Below, in pieces: positions 16,260 through 23,300 of a stretch of 24,000 nucleotides of DNA. The notes below the pieces were generated by a model. It ran no database searches. It was not told the DNA's origin and worked only from the letters and a program-made list of their open reading frames with translations. Where the stretch lies: NCBI GenBank assembly GCA_002898395.1, contig BEHE01000002.1, forward strand, positions 46,394 through 70,393, written 5' to 3'. This stretch comes from Candidatus Calditenuaceae archaeon HR02 (GTDB taxonomy: Archaea; Thermoproteota; Nitrososphaeria_A; Caldarchaeales; Calditenuaceae). How positions within the stretch are numbered: position 1 is the first letter of the stretch; each line of letters starts with the position of its first letter. The translations under genes were made by a program, and so were the position numbers.

Positions 16260-16716
16260 AAGTATCACTCTCAATAACAATGGCGTAGAAGTTATTCTCA
16301 AACTCCATTACCTCGGAATGGTATAATCCCCACCCAACGCCGTTAAATATTATTATAATAGGCAGGGGGGATAAGGGGGGGTCGTCTGAGCTTCATCATT
16401 CTCCTGCCGATACTTTCTTCAAAATCTCACAAGTCTTCCACCAATCCTCCTTTTCGCTTACTCCTATCCCATCCTTTATTGAGAGTTAGACGAGATGCCG
16501 CTTTCTAGGTATTGAGGAACTTCAGGTAGTCCTTTGGATAGATATACGTCGCATATACGTCCATCTTAGATTCCATCCACATCCATTGGGACGTGAGTGG
16601 TGTGGACGAAAAATCTATGAATGCTCTAGTTTCGGTGGACTAAGTTCTTCCAAAGGACTTATCATCGAATAATAAGTAGTTGAGTAATTGAGGGTGTTGT
16701 TATTCCTCAGTCTTGA

Positions 16717-17256
16717 TTATTTGCTTCTCCATCTAATGATGTATCCTAGGCCGCCTAGAATTACTCCGAGGGCGAGCAGCACTATGAATATTGTTATCCA
16801 TAAGGGATAGCCCAAGGGTATGCCGTAGAAGATGTTCGTGTGGACTTGTCCAGGGTTCCATCCTCTTCCGCCCACCTCGGGTGGGAGCATTGCGGCGCCT
16901 CCTAGATATCCCCCCAGCATCATCAGACCTGAAGCTCCTAACACTCCCACATTCATCAAGAATAGGTGGGACCATGCTAGCTTGTCGGCAATCCCTGTAT
17001 AGGGCTTCCCCAAGACCGATTCGATGTAGTGGTAGAACAGCGCCGTGACGGCCACCCCCATGACACCTACGATGAGGTATGTCACGTAGCCCATCGTGAA
17101 CCACATACCCGCTGACCCAAAGGCTATTACTCGGCTAGGCTCAGGCCTCAAGAAAAAAATCTGCCCTATGACGATATACAGTGTAATCAGCGTAGCAATT
17201 GCTCCTTGGACGATCGCAGCGCCTATAAAACGAGAAGCCCATTTACTTGCCTGCAT
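16717..17256 (-). CDS. Integral membrane protein of unknown function (about 5 TM helices)
   Basis: A 179-aa ORF made of hydrophobic helices separated by short loops. A ttaaatttt box lies about 45 nt upstream and a GGGGGTG box about 12 nt upstream of the ATG. I recognise no family motif. Confidence 0.75.
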   Translation of the reverse strand: MQASKWASRFIGAAIVQGAIATLITLYIVIGQIFFLRPEPSRVIAFGSAGMWFTMGYVTYLIVGVMGVAVTALFYHYIESVLGKPYTGIADKLAWSHLFLMNVGVLGASGLMMLGGYLGGAAMLPPEVGGRGWNPGQVHTNIFYGIPLGYPLWITIFIVLLALGVILGGLGYIIRWRSK

Positions 17257-17429
17257 ATACTATCAAACACCCCCTTTCATCTCTATAACCTATGCTAAAA
17301 TTTAATCTTTACCCTTAAGATGCATAATTTTTCATGAATATCCACGTAGTAGTTTCTTTTTCGCGAACTCGCCCACCTCACTGCTAAGAGGAGAGAAGTT
17401 GGTCCAGGCCTCAGCGGGGGGATTGCCTC

Positions 17430-17461
17430 TATATACTCCCGCTCATTTAAAGTAATGTGCT
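17430..17461 (+). promoter_or_regulatory. Putative hppA promoter (TATA-like box, leaderless-type spacing)
   Basis: tcTATATAc has its core at 17430..17435, which ends 27 nt before the ATG at 17462. No SD box lies in between. This spacing is typical of crenarchaeal leaderless transcripts. Confidence 0.35.
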
Positions 17462-19618
17462 ATGGATCCATTGGTTTTTACCATTACTGTGGGATTGCTC
17501 GGTGCTGCCGCTTCGGTGCTCCTAATAGCGTATGTAGAGAGGCTTCCTAAAGGTGATGAGGGGTTTGTTAATATTTGGCGCGCAATCCGGGAAGGTGCGA
17601 GCGCGTATCTTAAGAGGCAGTTTAAGACGATCGCCATCATCGCGGCTGCCTTAGCTACCTTGATTCTGGGCAGCTTCTCCATCTTTCCTCAGCTGGGGGG
17701 ACTCAGATACGGCATCGCCATGGCAGGCAGCTTCCTATTGGGCGTTTGCTTCTCCCTCATCGCAGCGTTCATAGCGATGGATGCCGCTACAAGGGCTAAC
17801 GTAAGGACAACGTATGCGGCCTCTCGGAGCAGTGTGCAGGCACTTCGAGTGGCGACGCTCGGCGGCGCGTCACTGGGTCTAGCAGTGATCGCTATGAGCC
17901 TTCTGGGCCTCTCTATTCTTTACGTTGTTTTCAGGGACCCTGGACTTCTGGCGGGCTTCGGGTTTGGGGCTAGTCTAGCTGCACTGTTCGCCCAACTCGG
18001 TGGAGGGATATATACTAAGAGTGCTGATATTGGTGCAGACCTTGTTGGAAAAGTGGAGGCGGGCATACCGGAGGACGACCCTAGAAACCCCGCAGTGGTA
18101 GCCGACCTGGTTGGTGATAATGTCGGGGACGAGGCGGGTAGGGGAGCTGACCTCTTCGAGTCGGTCACAGCCGAGAATCTTGGAGGAATGATAATAGCTC
18201 TCGTAGTGTCTATAGTATTGTTCAATGGTATTAATGAGCTGTATGTTGTCACTCCACTAATAATTAGGGCTCTCGGAGTTATAGCCACGTTCGCAGGCGT
18301 TTCTTGGGCGGTCTCGAGGAAGGGTTTTAGAGAGGCCATAGGCCCGCTTCGAGAGGGCCTGATAGTTACGGGCATATTGGCGGCTGTTATGATGTATCTC
18401 GCCAGCTGGCTCATATTCGGACCCCAGGGCCTGCCGCTTTACGTTACAATGATTATCGGGCTGATCGCGGGCATCTTGATAATGTTTTATAGCGAGTTTT
18501 ACACAGGCTTGAAGTCCAGATATGTCTCGGTGATTGCTCAGAATTCCCAGTCGGGACCAGCCCTTACCGCGATGACGGGAATATCGACCGGCATGATCTC
18601 TTCGATGCTTCCAGTTGCTACGGTTGTCGTGGCTGTAGCCCTCTCATTCTGGCTAGGGAGCTATTGGTCCGGCATCGCTGGTCTAGGTGACCCACTGCTG
18701 GGCGGGATTTATGGTACGACAATGGCGACTATGGGAATGCTCTCGACCGCTGGATTCATCTTGACCATGGATGGCGTGGGGCCCATCGTGGATAATGCGG
18801 GAGGGATAGCAGAGATGGCTAACGCTGAGCCAGTCATTAGGGAGAGGCTCGAACCGCTTGACGCGCTCGGAAACACTACAAAGGCTCTTACAAAGTCTTA
18901 TGCCATGGGCTCGGCAGCCCTAGCAGCCCTTCTTCTATTCCAAGCCTTCCTCCTGGAGGTGGCGAGGTATATGGCGGGCATCTATGAGCTCGTGCTGATA
19001 GGGCCGGGGGAGGCTGACCGTCTCTTGAGGAGCGTCGAGATGCTTAGCTCGGGACTCCAGCTCAACTCGCCCGCCGTGGTAATAGGGCTTTTCATAGGGG
19101 GTATGATACCTTTCCTCTTCTCGGGGCAGGCAATGAATGCTGTAGCCAGCGGCGCATACCGCATGGTGGAGGAGGTGAGGAGACAGTTTGCATCAATACC
19201 GGGGATAATGGATGGAAGCGGTAGGCCAGAGTATGGGCGGTGTGTAGATATCTCCACTTCGACAGCTTTAAGACTGATGATTACGCCCACGTTGACGGTG
19301 ACCCTTTCCCCGATCTTGATAGGCGTGTTGCTTGGCTGGAAGGCAGTTGGCTCCCTAGTATTGGGTGCGACGATCTCTGCGATACCACTGGCGATCATGG
19401 GGTTCTATGGTGGAGCGGCGATGGATAATGCGAAGAAGCTCCTCGAGATTGGGGGCAAGAAGGGAACTGATGCTCATAAAGCGGCAGTCGTTGGCGACAC
19501 ACTGGGAGATCCCATGAAAGACACTTACGCGCCGAGCCTACACATCCTGATAAAACTGCTTAATACGCTGTCCCTTGTGTTTATCCCGCTCTTTATGATT
19601 GGGCTAATACCACTCTAG
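17462..19618 (+). CDS. hppA: Membrane-bound proton-translocating pyrophosphatase (M-PPase), K+-independent type
   Basis: A 718-aa polytopic protein. It carries GGGIYTKSADIGADLVGKVEAGIPEDDPRNPA, DLVGDNVGDEAGRGADLFES and DNAGGIAEM. GNTTKALTK has Lys where K+-dependent enzymes have Ala, which is the established A/K determinant. Confidence 0.95.
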   Translation: MDPLVFTITVGLLGAAASVLLIAYVERLPKGDEGFVNIWRAIREGASAYLKRQFKTIAIIAAALATLILGSFSIFPQLGGLRYGIAMAGSFLLGVCFSLIAAFIAMDAATRANVRTTYAASRSSVQALRVATLGGASLGLAVIAMSLLGLSILYVVFRDPGLLAGFGFGASLAALFAQLGGGIYTKSADIGADLVGKVEAGIPEDDPRNPAVVADLVGDNVGDEAGRGADLFESVTAENLGGMIIALVVSIVLFNGINELYVVTPLIIRALGVIATFAGVSWAVSRKGFREAIGPLREGLIVTGILAAVMMYLASWLIFGPQGLPLYVTMIIGLIAGILIMFYSEFYTGLKSRYVSVIAQNSQSGPALTAMTGISTGMISSMLPVATVVVAVALSFWLGSYWSGIAGLGDPLLGGIYGTTMATMGMLSTAGFILTMDGVGPIVDNAGGIAEMANAEPVIRERLEPLDALGNTTKALTKSYAMGSAALAALLLFQAFLLEVARYMAGIYELVLIGPGEADRLLRSVEMLSSGLQLNSPAVVIGLFIGGMIPFLFSGQAMNAVASGAYRMVEEVRRQFASIPGIMDGSGRPEYGRCVDISTSTALRLMITPTLTVTLSPILIGVLLGWKAVGSLVLGATISAIPLAIMGFYGGAAMDNAKKLLEIGGKKGTDAHKAAVVGDTLGDPMKDTYAPSLHILIKLLNTLSLVFIPLFMIGLIPL

Positions 19619-20796
19619 GGCCGCTCCCCCAACACCACCGCAACGTTTAACGTCTCACCGCCCCTAAGGATAGTCAGCAACACTGTGTCTCCAGGACTCG
19701 TCTTCTCAACCATGTATGTCAGAAGGTCGTCCATGCTAGTGACCGGGTTACCGTTTATCGCCACTATAACATCACCTCCGACTCTATACTCTCTCCCAGC
19801 AACCACGAGGGTCCTAGAGCCTCCCTTGATACCGGCCTTATCCGCCGGACCATTCGGAACTACGCTCTCCACCAACAACCCTTTCTTCACACCGAGTCCA
19901 AGCTCACTGGCAATTAGTGCGTCTATCTCTCTACCCGAGATCCCAAGATAGCTGTGGGTATATCCGCCCTTTTCGATTAGTTCTGGAACTATACGCCTCA
20001 CAACGTTTGATGATATTGCATACCCAATCCCCGCGAACTGCCCCGTAGTCGATTCTATCGCAGTGGCAACACCTACAACTTCCCCCCTCATATTGAGAAT
20101 AGGTCCTCCAGAGTTTCCAGGGTTCACGGCAGCATCTATCTGTATTATTCCGGGAATGAGGTATCCTCTACTTGAAGGTAAAAGCCTACCCTTCTGGCTG
20201 ACAATGCCTGTCGTAACACTTCCCGTAAGCTCGAAGGGGTTACCGATAACGATTATCTGGTCGCCAATCTGGAGTTCGCTCGAGTTACCGAGCCTTAAAG
20301 GCTTGAATGACCTAGTCTCCCCACTCCCAACTATCTTCAATACCGCCAAGTCCGTGTCAGGATCTCTCCCCACGAGCTCTGCCCTATAAGCACTCCCATC
20401 GATAAAGTAGACATAGTACTCCAGCCCACCTTCAACCACGTGATTATTCGTAACCACATGTCCCTTTGGGTCATAGACGAATCCGGAGCCTACAGACTCT
20501 CCAAACCTATAGAGCGTTCTTATCTCGACTACAGAATCTTTAACCATTTCATAGACCCGCGTCACATTATACTGAATTGTTACGACGGCTGTATGGGCTG
20601 GCCGGGAATTCTCAATTGAACTTATCTCAGCCCTCGCCTCCTGCAGGTCTTTTCTGAGAGACTCTATCTTTGATTCCAGCGCAGCTATTTGAGAGGTGAG
20701 CGTCGACAGGTTTTGCTGGTAATCTATGACTTGAAGGAATAGGATTGCTATGAGGGCGAGAGATGCTGCTGATATGGCTATCGAAACCTTGCTCAT
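19615..20796 (-). CDS. HtrA/DegP-like trypsin-fold serine protease with an N-terminal anchor, a coiled coil and a C-terminal PDZ domain
   Basis: A 393-aa ORF. It has a TM helix (IAISAASLALIAILFL) and a heptad-like stretch. The catalytic contexts are TNNHVV (H), DLAVLKI (D) and GNSGGPILN (S). The C-terminus is PDZ-like (GLLVESVVPNGPADKAGIKGG...). Confidence 0.9.
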   Translation of the reverse strand: MSKVSIAISAASLALIAILFLQVIDYQQNLSTLTSQIAALESKIESLRKDLQEARAEISSIENSRPAHTAVVTIQYNVTRVYEMVKDSVVEIRTLYRFGESVGSGFVYDPKGHVVTNNHVVEGGLEYYVYFIDGSAYRAELVGRDPDTDLAVLKIVGSGETRSFKPLRLGNSSELQIGDQIIVIGNPFELTGSVTTGIVSQKGRLLPSSRGYLIPGIIQIDAAVNPGNSGGPILNMRGEVVGVATAIESTTGQFAGIGYAISSNVVRRIVPELIEKGGYTHSYLGISGREIDALIASELGLGVKKGLLVESVVPNGPADKAGIKGGSRTLVVAGREYRVGGDVIVAINGNPVTSMDDLLTYMVEKTSPGDTVLLTILRGGETLNVAVVLGERP

Positions 20797-20802
20797 ACTG
20801 AA

Positions 20803-22086
20803 TCACCCAGTCCTGGTTCCAATACGCTTCAACGCTTTCTCGATACCTGTTCCATACTGTGCGGCCTTCTTCTCCTTCTCTACCAGCTCGGACGGCAGAC
20901 CCGCAAGCCTCGCAACACTCCTCAACACCACTTTCCTAACACCTCTAGAAATCTTGAAATTAAGTGGTAGATTATATGCATTGTTGATGATTCGTTCATC
21001 CAAGTAGGGGGTTGTTAACAGGCATCCCCCCAACGCTGCTGAAGCGTAGTCCCTCGGCAGGCTTCTGAACCAGAGAGTGTCTAGGTCTCTCCTCATCTCC
21101 TCCTCCACGCCTGGTTGATTGCCACTCTCAAGCATGCGCAGATACTTCATATACCCCCCAAACAGCTCGTCCGCTCCCTGACCACTCACCACTTGCCTAC
21201 GGCCATGCGAAGCAGCAGCCCTAGCCCCTTCGTAAACAAGCAAGGCAAGCGCCCTATCCATTAGAGATTGAAGGATCAGGTTTTTCGTCAGGTAGCTGGA
21301 TGTGTAGGCTATCTCTTGCTCAGACAGTGGTACTTTTACGTAGTCGATGTGAAGAAGCTTTGCTGCCTTCTCCGAGAAGGAGAGGTCGTGTGACCCGCCC
21401 AGACCGACCGAGATTGCCAGGGGGGCTAGGCCGAGCTCAACACACACCCACACCAGCAGTGAGCTATCAATGCCGCCAGAGAAGAGTACAGCACATTTCT
21501 TCGCTACAGACCGTTTAACCGCGGCCACCAACTCTTCGAAAAGCAACTCCGATACATCTTGCAAGTTTATGGGAAGTGCGGTCCTTGAAGAAGTACATTC
21601 CTGTTTTTCCCCGGTTTTAGGCCCGTTGAATCTGAGCAACATCTCGCTGCAAGGAGGGACGACTTTTTCCGGGCCGGGATGGAGGCCGACTATGTAGGGT
21701 GGAGACGCGACGGTGATTATCTCGCCAGAGCTATAATACGATAGGGGTGGTGAGCCTACCTGCCTAGACTTCAGCCTAACCACCTCGCGACGTATCTCTA
21801 TCTCAGAGGTGAAGGGAGAGTCGGCAAGTTCTCCGACTCCTAGGATGCTGGAAGGTGTCAAGTGGACTGCAATACCGTCCCGTCCCTCTTCCACAACCCT
21901 CTCACCTGCGTGATGGACAACCAGCCCCACCCGCCCCTTCGCCTCGGACAATTCGCGGGGAGAGATACGAGAACCATCTATGAAAACCTCATTCACAGGC
22001 CACCTATAAGACATCCTTAGTACCCGGTCAATTAGACTGGAGAGGAACACATCACACCTGGAGACCACCGCGTACACTATCGCCAT
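20803..22086 (-). CDS. Asparagine synthetase B-like PP-loop ATP pyrophosphatase with a degenerate N-terminal domain
   Basis: A 427-aa ORF. It has the PP-loop AVLFSGGIDSS and the AsnB-type GQGADELFGGY. The N-terminus is MAIVYAV, so the Cys2 nucleophile of class-II glutamine amidotransferases (MCGI) is absent. Confidence 0.75.
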   Translation of the reverse strand: MAIVYAVVSRCDVFLSSLIDRVLRMSYRWPVNEVFIDGSRISPRELSEAKGRVGLVVHHAGERVVEEGRDGIAVHLTPSSILGVGELADSPFTSEIEIRREVVRLKSRQVGSPPLSYYSSGEIITVASPPYIVGLHPGPEKVVPPCSEMLLRFNGPKTGEKQECTSSRTALPINLQDVSELLFEELVAAVKRSVAKKCAVLFSGGIDSSLLVWVCVELGLAPLAISVGLGGSHDLSFSEKAAKLLHIDYVKVPLSEQEIAYTSSYLTKNLILQSLMDRALALLVYEGARAAASHGRRQVVSGQGADELFGGYMKYLRMLESGNQPGVEEEMRRDLDTLWFRSLPRDYASAALGGCLLTTPYLDERIINNAYNLPLNFKISRGVRKVVLRSVARLAGLPSELVEKEKKAAQYGTGIEKALKRIGTRTG

Positions 22087-22112
22087 TGAGACTAGTTTGA
22101 CCCTAGACGCTC

Positions 22113-22601
22113 TTATTCTCTCTTAAGCTTTTTCTCAACCCGCCTGAGTAGGGGGTCGGGCAGCCTTATCTCTGGGTCGCTCCTTATTGCTGGGTGATAC
22201 GGGTCAATCATTATCACCTCGAACCACTTATACACGCTATCATAAGTCAGCGGGTAGCCGCCGATTGGGTAGAGGTTGGGATATTTTTTCCTAGCTCTGT
22301 TTATCGCCTCTTCGAGCATTGTTACATTGACTTTGTGTAGAACTGTGCCGAGGGCCTTCTGCCTCCTGCCCGAGTTTGGCCGCGGCTTGCTGAAACCACC
22401 CCTCCTAACCCTAACCCTTAAGACCACGAAGCCCTGCTTCGCTTTGTACCCAATGCTTTTAGCCCGGTCAATCCTTAATGGCTTCTCTACGCGGACCACG
22501 GATGGCTCCCGCCTCCAGAGAACCCTCCTAGCCCTGAGAATAGCCTTCAGCTCATCCGGCCGATTCCTCCAAGCCTGATTCAAGAGAGCGTATAGGCCCA
22601 T
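22113..22601 (-). CDS. rpl15e: 50S ribosomal protein L15e (eL15)
   Basis: A 162-aa ORF. LWRREPSVVRVEKPLRIDRAKSIGYKAKQGFVVLRVRVRRGG...KPRP matches the conserved eL15 core. Confidence 0.9.
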   Translation of the reverse strand: MGLYALLNQAWRNRPDELKAILRARRVLWRREPSVVRVEKPLRIDRAKSIGYKAKQGFVVLRVRVRRGGFSKPRPNSGRRQKALGTVLHKVNVTMLEEAINRARKKYPNLYPIGGYPLTYDSVYKWFEVIMIDPYHPAIRSDPEIRLPDPLLRRVEKKLKRE

Positions 22602-22681
22602 GTCCCGTCCAGCCCTGAGCGCCCCAATGACACTCTAGCCTCCATGATAAATACCCTTAAAGGTCTGAGAGTTGCCAAGAT

Positions 22682-22936
22682 GTGGCGATAAAGGGGTTTT
22701 ATATATCTGTACAATCTTTTACGGATGGATTGCTTAGACTCAAGGTTGGCAAATCACTTGGAATGTGGGAATGGGCAACCACGAGCTGCGACGCCTGCCT
22801 CCTAGACATCGAGGAGGGAGCCGAGGTTTCCAAGTGTGGTAACTGTGGGGCCTTATTCCACGCCGATTGTTTCAGAAATCTTCTGAACACAAAGTCTGTA
22901 TGCCCAAAGTGTAGGGTGAGCTTGTATGAGCAGTAA
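22682..22936 (+). CDS. Mini protein with a C4HC3 cross-brace (RING/PHD-like) zinc finger. The likely true start is the ATG at 22763 (57 aa).
   Basis: The sequence is CDAC-x12-CGNC-x4-H-x2-C-x10-CPKC. The second half, CGALFHADCFRNLLNTKSVCPKCR, resembles the RING-H2 consensus (C.H.FH..C...W......CP.CR). A ttttatatat box at 22697..22706 lies inside the GTG-started ORF, which favours the ATG at 22763. It overlaps the next ORF by 11 nt. Confidence 0.7.
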   Translation: MAIKGFYISVQSFTDGLLRLKVGKSLGMWEWATTSCDACLLDIEEGAEVSKCGNCGALFHADCFRNLLNTKSVCPKCRVSLYEQ

Positions 22937-23300
22937 TGAGAAAGAGGAGGCAGGGCCCGGCGAGGAGGAAGAGATAGTCATCGACATTATAGAGACGCCT
23001 AGGGGCCGTGTCCCTGAATTCGACAGTACCTTCCGCGCACTCGAGAAAATATCGGCCAGACTTTTAGAGCAGGATGAGAAGATAGAAAGGGCTTTGAGCC
23101 GCATATCGAGTGGACAGCTATCAAGCACCGAGCTTAAGACAATTCTGGAGACACTCGAGTCTATTAGAGAAGACTTATCTAAACTCTCGAAGAGGCTGGA
23201 GATAATAGAGGATAATATAGGTGAAATGTATGAAAGGCTAAACCTGCTGGACTATCTGGCTGATATCGTTGAGCGTTATCTTCGCTCCCTAGAGGGCTAG
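22926..23300 (+). CDS. Acidic coiled-coil protein of unknown function
   Basis: A 124-aa ORF. It has an acidic N-terminus (EKEEAGPGEEEEIVIDIIE) followed by heptad-like helices (LKTILETLESIREDLSKLSKRLEIIEDNIGEMYERL). Its ATG lies within the last codons of the zinc-finger ORF, which indicates an operon. Confidence 0.65.
   Translation: MSSNEKEEAGPGEEEEIVIDIIETPRGRVPEFDSTFRALEKISARLLEQDEKIERALSRISSGQLSSTELKTILETLESIREDLSKLSKRLEIIEDNIGEMYERLNLLDYLADIVERYLRSLEG

Noticed and set aside
16321-16340. A possible attR: aatccccacccaacgcc resembles the tRNA 3' end aatcccaccgggccca
   Set aside because: Only about 9-10 contiguous matching bases are followed by divergence. This is far short of the 40-60 bp tRNA-derived direct repeats left by archaeal integrases. 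I found no other copy of ttcgaatccc or the acceptor 3' strand downstream.
16381-16404. A C/D-box sRNA candidate: the reverse strand reads aATGATGAagctcagacgac
   Set aside because: It has a UGAUGA C-box-like hexamer. There is no CUGA D or D' box within the following ~70 nt, and no terminal stem.
16361-16408. A hairpin GGCAGGGG...CTCCTGCC enclosing two G6-G7 runs, considered as a possible structured RNA or G-quadruplex
   Set aside because: The stem is only 8 bp including a G-T pair, with a loop of about 32 nt. Only two long G runs are present, whereas a quadruplex needs four. Nothing else supports it.
16541-16560. A tandem repeat atatacgtc-gc-atatacgtc
   Set aside because: There are only two copies of a 9-mer with an 11-nt period in A+T-rich non-coding DNA. 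No further copies occur in the window, so it is probably a local slippage duplication.
17920-19398. Long antisense or alternative-frame ORFs inside hppA (17920..18414, 18982..19398). The same pattern appears inside livG, the binding protein, the HtrA-like gene, asnB-like, the 179-aa membrane protein (16733..17104, 16791..17048) and the coiled-coil genes.
   Set aside because: These are shadow ORFs, typical of GC-balanced, codon-biased coding DNA. Their translations are Ser/Pro/Arg-rich without motifs, and each is fully nested in a gene with strong family signatures.
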